A stretch of 64,000 bases of DNA from Candidatus Saccharimonadota bacterium. Its GTDB lineage: Bacteria; Patescibacteriota; Saccharimonadia; Saccharimonadales; Saccharimonadaceae. Position numbers and translations under genes: made by a program. This document shows positions 28,167 through 37,260 of the stretch, piece by piece. The notes beneath the pieces are model-generated. The model was not told the origin of the DNA. It saw only the letters and a program-made list of their open reading frames with translations, and made no database searches. Positions within the stretch are counted from its first letter, which is position 1; the number at the start of each line of letters is the position of its first letter. The stretch is from positions 23,526-87,525 of the forward strand of contig JAILSC010000019.1 in NCBI GenBank assembly GCA_024697865.1, in the 5' to 3' direction.

Positions 28167-29474
28167 TTAGAAATTCCATTCTCTCTTTACTGCATCTACC
28201 TTTCTCAGTAGATCCGAACCATCGTTATTGCCCAAGAGCTCTAACGGCCCCATAATTGACAAGTACGAACTATCCGCTGAGGATTGCAATCTAGTTTCCA
28301 CTCTTCGAAACAAATCATTCGCGCGTCCCGTTGAATCTACTTTAATTTGCACGCCATTTAGATATGCCGTATTATTATTGATAGTTTCACTACCCTCTTC
28401 TGTCTTTACCTCTTCTGTATGACAAGTTTCACCATCTCCGCACAAGAATTCTACTGCAAAATTTGTTGAAGGGTTGCCGTACGGCAAAGATACTACCACC
28501 ATAAAAGTATCCGAACTTCTAATGTCTCCGCCATTCAATGCGTCAGTAATTGGTCGTGGCAACTCAATAGTCGCTGAACAAGCGAACTCGCTATCAGAAT
28601 TTTCTGGACAGTTTACTAGATATGGCAAATTCGTAGTTCTCTTATCATTCGATTTCGTTAGCGCTTCTGCACCTATAATATTTTCACTTTTTACCACACT
28701 CCAGGCTCCATAATGGTTGTCTTCCGTATTACTAGCTGCGGCAGTTGCGTTATTAGTCGGCACCAAATATAACATTCCTCGGTTAGTCTTATTCCCCACC
28801 GTTATATCGAAATCACTTAAATTGAAGTTTTCTGCCGTCTGCAGCACCGCCACTGAAATCGTCGGCGGCACAGCTAACGCCTTTTGCGCTGCATTCCAGA
28901 ACGTCACTTTTCCACCAATAGAATTGCTATAGGCTCGCCCCCAACTAGTATCATCGTACCAACTAACCTTAATTTTCTGCACTTTGTTAGCCATACTACC
29001 ATTTTCAAATTTAGCATTAATCACTTTTAATTGATCCGAGCTAGACAAACTTGAGCGATAATCTTTCAACACAGTTTGAATTTTTACACAAGTGTATTCT
29101 TGTTGCATATTATTATTAGTGGTTGATTCCTGAATCATCACTCCGCCTTCGCTTCGCCCTAAAATCTGTGCTACCATATCACAATTCCATTTACTTGGAT
29201 CGTCGATGATTGACTTAATCGTATTACAATCACTGCTACCACCCTCATTTGCCACACAGTTTTGGTAGCTATAATAGGCCAATTTGGCGTCTTCAACCCC
29301 CGCCATTGCTGAATCATATGCCGATTGCGACAAATCTTCATTCAATGTTCTGTTAAGCTCTGAAATAATAATCGTCGCAAAGCTCGTAGCTACGATCAAT
29401 AAAATCAAGGTTGAGAAAGCTACGATATAAAACGACGCTGCACCTTTCTTAAATTGATTTCTTAACTTTTTCAT
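28167..29474 (-). CDS. PilX-like large minor pilin
   Basis: KKG|AASFYIVAF...SQSAYDSAMAGVEDAK prepilin/PilX-type N-terminus; clustered with two prepilins. Confidence 0.7.
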   Translation of the reverse strand: MKKLRNQFKKGAASFYIVAFSTLILLIVATSFATIIISELNRTLNEDLSQSAYDSAMAGVEDAKLAYYSYQNCVANEGGSSDCNTIKSIIDDPSKWNCDMVAQILGRSEGGVMIQESTTNNNMQQEYTCVKIQTVLKDYRSSLSSSDQLKVINAKFENGSMANKVQKIKVSWYDDTSWGRAYSNSIGGKVTFWNAAQKALAVPPTISVAVLQTAENFNLSDFDITVGNKTNRGMLYLVPTNNATAAASNTEDNHYGAWSVVKSENIIGAEALTKSNDKRTTNLPYLVNCPENSDSEFACSATIELPRPITDALNGGDIRSSDTFMVVVSLPYGNPSTNFAVEFLCGDGETCHTEEVKTEEGSETINNNTAYLNGVQIKVDSTGRANDLFRRVETRLQSSADSSYLSIMGPLELLGNNDGSDLLRKVDAVKREWNF

Positions 29475-29477
29475 GTC

Positions 29478-30407
29478 CTATTCTCCAGTCGCCGTAGCGG
29501 CAAAATTAAATTTATTTATCGCGCAATAATCAAAACTCTCTAAAACCGACCCGCTATTTGGGGCTTCGCAACCCATTGCCGCAACATCAATTCCCCCCTG
29601 GACCGTTCCTAAAATAAAGGAAACCGAATAGAAGATGTTGTTTGAAATGCCATTCTCAGCCGGTATCCCTGACGTCAAATCGTAAATCCGCAGATTGCTA
29701 CTCCCCTCCAGTAAGTCCGTTGCTTCACCATTTGAGGCGATGCTGGATATGTCAATTTTATTGTCTGTCAAATTTGCGAAATTCGTATTATAAGTCCCTT
29801 TACCATACCCAGTTCCTTCATTGCCTACTACATAGCCAGACGCAAGCTTACAGACTAAGCGTTCGCTATCCTGTACTTTATACAATTTGAAGTTACTTTT
29901 TTCAAAAGTACCGCCTTCAATAGTTTTATATTTTAATTTTAAGCCACCGCCAATATTGCCGCCCCCCTCTATCGTATAATCCCCATTAAATAAGTATCCC
30001 GAATTCCATAAATACGAATACTCTCCCGTGCAAAATACCCCGTAAATTGGTACTGTCATTTTATCAGATTCACTCCCGCCCCTTGGTTTAACTGTAGCAT
30101 AGCGTTCCTTGTGTACGAAACCTTCCGCCTTGGCGTTTTCGCACTTTTCAGCCTCACTTGGATCCGAATAGGCATCCGAGCATTCATCTATTGGCAATTT
30201 GCCTGGCGAATTTTGTACCGTCGTTCTCATGTCGTCAACCAACTCCATCCCCACAGTATTAACCTGGTTCAACGTCAACCCCTTGTGGTAAGCTGATACC
30301 GCATTCCCTATCATTATCACCACGATAATCGAAAGCACAGCGATAAACGCTATCGAAAGTGAAAGTTCAATCAAGGTAAAGCCCGACTTGGTTTTCTCTA
30401 TTTGCAT
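29478..30407 (-). CDS. Type IV prepilin-like protein
   Basis: KSG|FTLIELSLSIAFI class III signal. Confidence 0.88.
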   Translation of the reverse strand: MQIEKTKSGFTLIELSLSIAFIAVLSIIVVIMIGNAVSAYHKGLTLNQVNTVGMELVDDMRTTVQNSPGKLPIDECSDAYSDPSEAEKCENAKAEGFVHKERYATVKPRGGSESDKMTVPIYGVFCTGEYSYLWNSGYLFNGDYTIEGGGNIGGGLKLKYKTIEGGTFEKSNFKLYKVQDSERLVCKLASGYVVGNEGTGYGKGTYNTNFANLTDNKIDISSIASNGEATDLLEGSSNLRIYDLTSGIPAENGISNNIFYSVSFILGTVQGGIDVAAMGCEAPNSGSVLESFDYCAINKFNFAATATGE

Positions 30408-31153
30408 ACGCTCTCCTCGTCGGTCATCAATTCTACTCCAGAAGCATTTTTAGCGTTTGCCAGCAAGCGCACATCGCTTCTTAAAATGTTTTTATTGCCC
30501 GGGTCCGAATTAACGCAAAAATCTACATTTTTAATCTGATAACCATTCATATTGCTGTCATTCAGAATCGAAACCGTACCCGTTTGCAAGGCTTCATTAA
30601 TTTGCACCACATTTCCATTAAAGTAAGTATTCACCGCTCCAGAATTCGGATGGCGTACAATTAGGAGCATGCCCTTAAATTGTTGATGATCGGTGGTTTC
30701 AATCTGTGCCGACCATTTTGGCTCATAGCTATCGGCAAATCCCGCCAAAGTCTTTTTGTCGCCCGTTTGAGCTACCACATTAACCCCTAAATCCTTTAAC
30801 ATTTTCAAGGTTTGGCCGCCCTCTACGTCTCCAATCCGTCCTACTACCGAATAAGTAAAGATTTCGTTTTGATTGGCCTTAGTCCCAGCTAAATTAGCGT
30901 TTTCCCCGAACACAACCAATTTACCATAAATCGCATTTTCTGATCTACCACCGTTCTCCGTGTCATTTTGCACATTCAAAACCTCATCATAGACCCCTCT
31001 TAGAAATTCGATAAAACTCTGTACCGAATCATTTTTTCGTTGTTGGTAAATTGAGTTCTGCACCCCCAATGTAATCGCAAAAAACAAAAGTCCAGAAATC
31101 GCCAAAAACAAAGATACTTCAACCAAAGTAAAGCCCAATTTACCCTGCTTCAT
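30398..31153 (-). CDS. Type IV prepilin-like protein
   Basis: KLG|FTLVEVSLFLAI class III signal. Confidence 0.88.
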   Translation of the reverse strand: MKQGKLGFTLVEVSLFLAISGLLFFAITLGVQNSIYQQRKNDSVQSFIEFLRGVYDEVLNVQNDTENGGRSENAIYGKLVVFGENANLAGTKANQNEIFTYSVVGRIGDVEGGQTLKMLKDLGVNVVAQTGDKKTLAGFADSYEPKWSAQIETTDHQQFKGMLLIVRHPNSGAVNTYFNGNVVQINEALQTGTVSILNDSNMNGYQIKNVDFCVNSDPGNKNILRSDVRLLANAKNASGVELMTDEESVCK

Positions 31154-31175
31154 ACCTCATATTATACCATAAGCT

Positions 31176-31610
31176 TTAATATTTCGGAAACAAATACATC
31201 ATCCATTTTTCAAAATTCGAATATTCCGGTTCTTCTACAGCTATCGTCCTCAGTTCGTCTTTATGTTTATTTTTTGCCGTTTCCGAATTTTCCGGCATCA
31301 CCACCATATTCTCCCCACTCAGCTTTTTATCCAAATTTCTTCGCGCCATTAATTCTTGATATTCATTAGACTTATAGTATTCGTTTGTTAGTTCTGTGGC
31401 TTCAACCTCCAGGCTTATCAATTCCAGCTTTTTTCTTTCCTCGGTCAATCTTTCAGATAGTTCCCAGTTTCGGCTCATCGCCGCAATCGATTGGTAAGTC
31501 CACACCAAACATAATCCAATCGCTACAACAAGCACTATATTTTCAACCGTAAAAAAATCGTGCTTCAACTTAAATTTTATACGCCGCAAACTACTCTTCA
31601 TTCTACTCAC
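31176..31610 (-). CDS. Septum-formation-initiator (FtsB/DivIC)-like protein
   Basis: Single TM helix, coiled coil, E..AR..L......GE..VV.P motif. Confidence 0.6.
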   Translation of the reverse strand: MSRMKSSLRRIKFKLKHDFFTVENIVLVVAIGLCLVWTYQSIAAMSRNWELSERLTEERKKLELISLEVEATELTNEYYKSNEYQELMARRNLDKKLSGENMVVMPENSETAKNKHKDELRTIAVEEPEYSNFEKWMMYLFPKY

Positions 31611-31649
31611 GCTTAATATTATAACATTTTATGATAAAATATAATACAC

Positions 31650-31726
31650 GGGGATGTAGCTCAGCTGGTTAGAGCATGCGTCTTATACACGCAGGGTCCT
31701 AGGTTCGAGTCCTAGCATCCCTACCA
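31650..31726 (+). tRNA. tRNA with TAT anticodon (nominally Ile-UAU) on a Val-like body
   Basis: Cloverleaf; anticodon arm TGCGT-CTTATAC-ACGCA; CCA. Confidence 0.88.
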
Positions 31727-31741
31727 CCGTAGGAATCAAAC

Positions 31742-31772
31742 AAAAAATCGCCCCGAAGGGCGATTGTTTTTT
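31742..31772. terminator. Bidirectional terminator
   Basis: AATCGCCC-cgaa-GGGCGATT with A and T tails. Confidence 0.75.
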
Positions 31773-31778
31773 GTCTAA

Positions 31779-31982
31779 TTATTTTTTCTTAAGAGTCAAG
31801 AAACCATTGCGTGGGTTTTCACAGACTTCACGATCTGCTGGCAAATCACAAGGAGTACCCTTGCCACCAGTTGCTTCCTTAGTGAAGAAATAAATCGTCT
31901 GAGGTTTGCCACCGCGAAGCGTCACTTCAGATTTGTGTAGATAATATTTCACACCCTTGCTGTTGGTATGTTCGTAAGCCAT
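31779..31982 (-). CDS. Small conserved-looking hypothetical protein
   Basis: 67 aa, strong SD AAGGAGG, followed by a terminator. Confidence 0.75.
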   Translation of the reverse strand: MAYEHTNSKGVKYYLHKSEVTLRGGKPQTIYFFTKEATGGKGTPCDLPADREVCENPRNGFLTLKKK

Positions 31983-32069
31983 TTAGCTTTCCTCCTTAAG
32001 TTAATGTATACTCCTATCTTATGACCCCATGAGTAAAAAGTCAAGGGGTTTTCTCAATTTTCCCAATAA

Positions 32070-32747
32070 TTATATAAATAACAGAGATAGCCTCAAGATC
32101 ACCCACCAGATCATTCTCATCAAAATCACAACGATAATTATCAGGGTGACCAAAATCGCCAACCCTGTTATCGTAGGAGCCAAAATCGGCGAGGCATAAT
32201 TATGCCGATACAGCTCTGTAGATGGTAAACTCGCCTTGATTGTACTCTGAATATCGTCCGATGCTGGGTATTTATTAATCTCTCCCATCATACAATTAAT
32301 ATAGTTAGCGTCATCCCAGCTCCACCCATTGGCGATTGCCTGTGCCCGACAGGTTTCTGAGGCCATGCCGTAGATATTCCCATTCGGATTGCTGTCATCG
32401 GCCAATTTAGCCTCCGCTTCACTTAGGGCTTTATTAGCTGCCCGAATATAAGTATGTTCCAAATAAAACGGTCCCGTCCCAAACATTATCTTTTGATTAC
32501 CGTTGTCATCTGCCACATTTATCACGACATTGCTGAACACAAAATCTTTTAGTGCAGTCAACTTTTCCGCAATTACCTCATCCGACTCCTCAGCCTCATC
32601 CGCCGCCATTACTGCATCACGAAGCTCCGTCATCCTGATGTGGTCTAATCTAAGCAAAGTCGCATCCATAAAAAATAGCGGTATCAGTATCACTAAAAGT
32701 TGCCATGTTTTTATTTTATGGAACTTTTTTGGCCCACGCTTTTTCAT
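32070..32747 (-). CDS. Hypothetical membrane protein (N- and C-terminal TM helices)
   Basis: Start moved to ATG 32747, 7 nt after TGATATAAT; the TTG start in the track overlaps a divergent promoter. Confidence 0.7.
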   Translation of the reverse strand: MKKRGPKKFHKIKTWQLLVILIPLFFMDATLLRLDHIRMTELRDAVMAADEAEESDEVIAEKLTALKDFVFSNVVINVADDNGNQKIMFGTGPFYLEHTYIRAANKALSEAEAKLADDSNPNGNIYGMASETCRAQAIANGWSWDDANYINCMMGEINKYPASDDIQSTIKASLPSTELYRHNYASPILAPTITGLAILVTLIIIVVILMRMIWWVILRLSLLFI

Positions 32748-32800
32748 AATGTTTATTATATCATGAGATTCATGTTTTTTTAAGTCGTACCCTAAAGCCC

Positions 32801-32829
32801 TTGACATTAGCGGAAATATTTGCTAAAAT
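32801..32829 (+). promoter_or_regulatory. Near-consensus sigma70 promoter with no annotated gene downstream
   Basis: TTGACA-17 nt-TAAAAT. Confidence 0.8.
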
Positions 32830-32935
32830 AGATCGTATCGCTCAAAAAAATTTCCCAAAACTGGTGTGAAAAATATCTTCACAGGGGTGGACCAGAGGTC
32901 GTAGAGCGAAAAACATTAAGGAGAACATCGGATAC

Positions 32936-33019
32936 ATGCGTATCAAACGGCTTCGTCGCTCTCCGGAGCGCAAGCAAACTATTGCTCCTGCCGCCTGGCA
33001 AGAGTTCATCGAAATCTAA
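32936..33019 (+). CDS. Candidate 27-aa basic peptide MRIKRLRRSPERKQTIAPAAWQEFIEI (or part of an sRNA)
   Basis: AAGGAG 12 nt upstream; lies between the 32801 promoter and the 33020 terminator. Confidence 0.45.
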   Translation: MRIKRLRRSPERKQTIAPAAWQEFIEI

Positions 33020-33048
33020 AAAATAAGCCCCTTTAAGGGGCTTATTTT
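33020..33048. terminator. Bidirectional terminator
   Basis: AAAATAAGCCCC-tttaa-GGGGCTTATTTT. Confidence 0.85.
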
Positions 33049-33057
33049 AATGGCTAA

Positions 33058-33816
33058 TTATTCACCCAGTTTAGCCGCCGTGATATCTTTCAGCAATTTC
33101 ACGAAATCATCGCCCGAACGAGCCGAATCCCAACTAACAGTTTTACCATTTACCGTTACGCTACCTTCACTGCCCCAATTGATTAATTGTCCGTCTACAT
33201 AGAACGCTGGTGTGCCTTGTACGTCTACCCTCTTACCAATTCCTCCATCAAAACTAATCTTCTTTGACACGTTTTCGCTAGATATGTCATTATGAAATTT
33301 TTCCATATCGCCCTTGCCATTTGAAACTTCTTCAAAATATTTATCAAACAGAGCTGTTCTTTCGCTCGCCGAAGCATATTCCCATTCTGATTGTTCGCTA
33401 AATAATTTATCCGCATACGGCTTCCAATAGCCTTGCAACCCAGCAGCCTCTGCGGCTGAAGCTGCCGCCGTCCCGTTCTGGTGGTAAGAAAGTAAGAAGC
33501 TACGATACACTACGGCCATTTTTCCGTCTAATTGGTCAATCGCTTTATTCACCTTAGTATTGATCGATGCACACCCTGGACATTGGTAATCTGCATATTC
33601 AAAAATCAACACTGGCGCCTCTGGATCACCCTTAACGTGGTCGCCAATATTACCATTATCCTTAGTCGGTCCAATTACTGAATAAAAATCATAATTATTA
33701 AAGTCCGTTGCCTTATTATTACCGTCAATCACTGCATAAGTTGCTATACCAAGCAGCGCCACCGCCAATATTCCAATTATTACTCCTGCGACTGAAAACC
33801 CCTGTCTCTTTTTCAT
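33058..33816 (-). CDS. DsbA-family thioredoxin-fold protein, membrane anchored
   Basis: GDPEAPVLIFEYADYQCPGC, VQGTPAFYVDG. Confidence 0.9.
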   Translation of the reverse strand: MKKRQGFSVAGVIIGILAVALLGIATYAVIDGNNKATDFNNYDFYSVIGPTKDNGNIGDHVKGDPEAPVLIFEYADYQCPGCASINTKVNKAIDQLDGKMAVVYRSFLLSYHQNGTAAASAAEAAGLQGYWKPYADKLFSEQSEWEYASASERTALFDKYFEEVSNGKGDMEKFHNDISSENVSKKISFDGGIGKRVDVQGTPAFYVDGQLINWGSEGSVTVNGKTVSWDSARSGDDFVKLLKDITAAKLGE

Positions 33817-33854
33817 TCCATAACTCCTTCACTAATGATATAATATATAGTATC

Positions 33855-34442
33855 ATGCTCACCGAATTAATGCAAAAGTTTATTTCTTGGCTTGATCCCA
33901 AACTTGACCGTTTTCGTACCCATAAAACTCCCGCCAAACCCACTAAACCTACCAAATATACACCTAAAACTCTCGCCGAATTTATTGAAGTCCTAAAACG
34001 TACCCCCAAAGACGTACTTTCCGATATCGATCGCGCTCGTATTGCCGCCATCATGAGCTACGAAGATCGTAAAGTCAGCGAACTAATGATTCCTAAATCC
34101 AAAATGGCCTTCGTCAAAAAAGATGAGGTTCTCGGCCCCCTAGTCCTAGACAAACTCTATAAATCTGGCTTCACTCATTTCCCTGTAGTAGATTCTAGAA
34201 ACAAGGTCAAAGGCATCATTCATACTGAAGCCCTTAACGCTCTAGAAATCAAGAAAACCGATCGTGCCGATAAATATTTAAATAAAGATTTTAATTATCT
34301 TCACGCTTCCGACCTTCTTCCCCACGCCGTAGCGGAAATCATCCGCACGGGCAGTTATTATTTTCTCATTCTAGATGAAACCGATTCTCTCGCCGGCTTC
34401 TTCACTGTTGAAATCTTACTCGACTATTTACTAGGAAAGTGA
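33855..34442 (+). CDS. CBS-domain protein (TlyC/CorC-like cytosolic part)
   Basis: VSELMIPKSKM, SGFTHFPV, GII; start taken at ATG 33855. Confidence 0.8.
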   Translation: MLTELMQKFISWLDPKLDRFRTHKTPAKPTKPTKYTPKTLAEFIEVLKRTPKDVLSDIDRARIAAIMSYEDRKVSELMIPKSKMAFVKKDEVLGPLVLDKLYKSGFTHFPVVDSRNKVKGIIHTEALNALEIKKTDRADKYLNKDFNYLHASDLLPHAVAEIIRTGSYYFLILDETDSLAGFFTVEILLDYLLGK

Positions 34443-34455
34443 TATAATAACAGAT

Positions 34456-36255
34456 ATGAGAAAATTAGCTACTGAATTAAAAGATTTTTTGAAACAAACT
34501 GTTATGGTCGAGGGCTGGGTTAATTCCAGGCGTGATCATGGCGGCTTAATTTTCATCGACTTACGTGACCATACCGGCATCATCCAACTAGTCGTCACCC
34601 CCGAGACTGCCGAAGCTTTCAAGCTCGCCGAATCTATCCGCGACGAATTCGTACTTCGTGCCACCGGTACTATACGCGAACGCGCACCAGAGCTAATCAA
34701 CCCCAACATTCCTACCGGTAAAATTGAACTTGTTGTTGAGAATTTGGAGCTCCTCAACAAATCCATCACTCCTCCCGTCAATACTCACGATGATGGCGAA
34801 AAATCTTCCGAAGAGCTTCGTCTTAAATATCGCTACCTTGACCTCCGTCGTCCTTCCATGCAAAATTTGCTCAAGCGTCGCTCCGAGTATTATCGTTTCA
34901 TCCGTAACTACATGTATGAGCATGATTTCACTGAAATCTCTACCCCGATTCTCGCCAACTCCAGCCCCGAAGGCGCCCGCGATTTCCTCGTGCCTTCTCG
35001 TCTCCATCCCGGCAAATTCTATGCTCTCCCCCAAGCACCTCAACAATTTAAGCAACTTTTAATGGTTGGTGGCGTCGATAAATATTTCCAAATCGCCCCT
35101 TGTTTTCGCGATGAAGATCCCCGCGCTGATCGCCTCTACGGTGACTTCTATCAGTTAGATATGGAAATGAGCTTCGTCGAAGATGGTGAGACCGTTCGTC
35201 AAGCCATCGAGCCTTTATTTATTAATCTTGTTACGGATTTCTCCAACCAAAAATTAGTTTTAAATTCCGAACCTGCCCAAAAATACCTACCAGAAAACAG
35301 CCTAATTCCTCGTTTGCCTTACAAATTCGCCATGGATACTTACGGCACAGATAAACCAGATTTACGTTACGGCATGGAGCTAATCGAACTCACCGATGTC
35401 TTCAAAAATACCGATTTCAAAGTCTTCAAACAACCTTGTGTTAAGGCTCTTTGCGTCAAAGGCGCCGCCTCTCTCACCCGTCGTGGAATCGACAACTTCA
35501 CCGAAGAAGCTCGTAAACTCGGTGCTGGTGGCCTCGCCTACATTCTTTATACAGACGAAGGAGCAAAATCTCCTATTCTCAAATTTATGAGTGAAGCCGA
35601 AATTGCTAAAGTGCAAGAATTCACTAAAGCTGAAACTGGTGATGCCGTCTTCTTTGGCGCTGACGAGCGCACCAAAGTTAATAAAGTCCTAGGACAACTC
35701 CGCATCTCCTTCGCTGACCACTTTAAACTTAAAAATCCTGATGAAGTCGCTTATTGTTGGGTCGTAGACTTTCCGTTCTACGAATGGGACGACAAGGCCA
35801 AAAAGCTCGACTTCGGCCACAACCCATTCTCTATGCCTAAAGGCGGTCTAGAAACCTTAGAGAACGCCAAAACCGACGAAGATAAACTAAATATTATGGC
35901 TGACCAGTATGACATGGTCATGAACGGCTACGAAGTCTGCTCTGGTGCCGTCCGCAATTACAACCCCGACGTCATGTATAAAGCCTTCAATATCCTCGGC
36001 TACAGCAACGAATATGTAGAAGCCCGGTTCAAAGGCATGTTGAACGCCTTCAAATTCGGCGCTCCCCCGCACGCTGGCTGCGCTCCTGGATTAGACCGCA
36101 TTTTCATGGTCCTAGAAGGCGTAGACAACATCCGCGACATCGTTGCCTTCCCTAAAAACGGCTCTGGTGTTGATCTGATGATGGACTCCCCCTCCACAAT
36201 AGACCCCGAACAGCTCGAGGAGTCTCACCTCGCCTTACTTCCCGAAGAAGACTAA
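34456..36255 (+). CDS. aspS: Aspartate--tRNA ligase
   Basis: RDHGGLIFIDLRD, RLKYRYLDLRR, ALPQAPQQFKQLLM, FRDED.RADR, GAPPHAG.A.GLDR. Confidence 0.98.
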   Translation: MRKLATELKDFLKQTVMVEGWVNSRRDHGGLIFIDLRDHTGIIQLVVTPETAEAFKLAESIRDEFVLRATGTIRERAPELINPNIPTGKIELVVENLELLNKSITPPVNTHDDGEKSSEELRLKYRYLDLRRPSMQNLLKRRSEYYRFIRNYMYEHDFTEISTPILANSSPEGARDFLVPSRLHPGKFYALPQAPQQFKQLLMVGGVDKYFQIAPCFRDEDPRADRLYGDFYQLDMEMSFVEDGETVRQAIEPLFINLVTDFSNQKLVLNSEPAQKYLPENSLIPRLPYKFAMDTYGTDKPDLRYGMELIELTDVFKNTDFKVFKQPCVKALCVKGAASLTRRGIDNFTEEARKLGAGGLAYILYTDEGAKSPILKFMSEAEIAKVQEFTKAETGDAVFFGADERTKVNKVLGQLRISFADHFKLKNPDEVAYCWVVDFPFYEWDDKAKKLDFGHNPFSMPKGGLETLENAKTDEDKLNIMADQYDMVMNGYEVCSGAVRNYNPDVMYKAFNILGYSNEYVEARFKGMLNAFKFGAPPHAGCAPGLDRIFMVLEGVDNIRDIVAFPKNGSGVDLMMDSPSTIDPEQLEESHLALLPEED

Positions 36256-36275
36256 TTAAATATTTACAAAAACAA

Positions 36276-36297
36276 ATCCCGCGCTTGTGCGCGGGAT
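36276..36297. terminator. Hairpin between aspS and tRNA-Arg
   Basis: ATCCCGCGC-ttgt-GCGCGGGAT. Confidence 0.7.
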
Positions 36298-36311
36298 ACG
36301 GTTCTAAATTC

Positions 36312-36386
36312 TGGTAGGGCCGGCTGGAATCGAACCAGCATCGTAGACTTAGAGGGTCTATGTCCTATCCGTTGAACGACGGCCCC
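36312..36386 (-). tRNA. tRNA-Arg(TCT)
   Basis: Cloverleaf; TAGAC-CCTCTAA-GTCTA; A20; CCA. Confidence 0.88.
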
Positions 36387-36415
36387 GTATCATATATTAT
36401 AACACGGAGTAATCA

Positions 36416-36499
36416 GAATTTCGTAAATGTGCCCTAAGGGACATAAAGACTTGGCCAGAGCGGCCTGGAGCGTGCCCGAAGGGCACGCTTGCGAAATTC
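36416..36499. repeat. Intergenic multi-hairpin palindromic element (core family 4)
   Basis: Outer arms GAATTTCGTAA/TTGCGAAATTC; 36458-36483 matches 1672-1697 at 23/26. Confidence 0.75.
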
Positions 36500-36502
36500 T
36501 AA

Positions 36503-37252
36503 TTACTCTTCCGGCTTTCTTAATTTATAATAAATCGACGGCGCAAATCTAATTCCTGCTAATGCCTTCTGTGCCTTGTCTTCCATTTTTACTAAATTCT
36601 GTGTACCGAATATCTTTTTTAGACCTCTACTGCGGAAATTCGACACCGATAATACCTTTTCTTGCTTAAATCCAACTTTGTCAAAAATCTCTTCTACATA
36701 TTTTGGATGATAATTGTAAAATCCATCCTTTGATATTTCTTTATAGTTAGCTACTTTACGATCAAACGGATTTACCTTGCTTCGCCCAGTCACATATCGC
36801 GCAATTTTTGGCAAAGTCCGTTTGTTTGCAACCTCAATTACTGCTACGCCACCTGGTTTCAAAACTCTATATAATTCAGCGATGGCCTTATCTAAATGTT
36901 TCAAATGATGAGTCACTCGTATCATCATCAATCCATCTAATTCATTATCCTTAAATGGTAACTTATAGATATCTCCGGCTTTAGTTTCGATTTTATCACC
37001 GTAAATTTCTTTTGCCTGTTTCAGCTCAGACTTCGAATAATCAAAAATATATACTTTTCGAGCTCGCTTCAAATATTCACTAGCTAGTCTGCCATAGCCC
37101 CCACCAATATCCGCAAATTTTTCCATTCTTTTCGGCAACAATTTTCGTATTGCCATTCGGTCTGCCTGATCTTCATACTCCCGATCTGCCTTTTCCCAGA
37201 ATTCGGTTTTGTAGTCATAGCCGTTATAATCTGATACTATTTTTTCACTCAT
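36503..37252 (-). CDS. Class I SAM-dependent methyltransferase
   Basis: FADIGGGYGR, GDIYKLPFKD, L.RVLKPGG. Confidence 0.9.
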   Translation of the reverse strand: MSEKIVSDYNGYDYKTEFWEKADREYEDQADRMAIRKLLPKRMEKFADIGGGYGRLASEYLKRARKVYIFDYSKSELKQAKEIYGDKIETKAGDIYKLPFKDNELDGLMMIRVTHHLKHLDKAIAELYRVLKPGGVAVIEVANKRTLPKIARYVTGRSKVNPFDRKVANYKEISKDGFYNYHPKYVEEIFDKVGFKQEKVLSVSNFRSRGLKKIFGTQNLVKMEDKAQKALAGIRFAPSIYYKLRKPEE

Positions 37253-37260
37253 GACACCTA

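Noticed and set aside
32836-33000. Resemblance to a ZTP (pfl) riboswitch (ACTGG..., GAGCG, GCCGCCTGG)
   Set aside because: The P3 loop is too short, the linker is too long and there is no purine or folate gene downstream.
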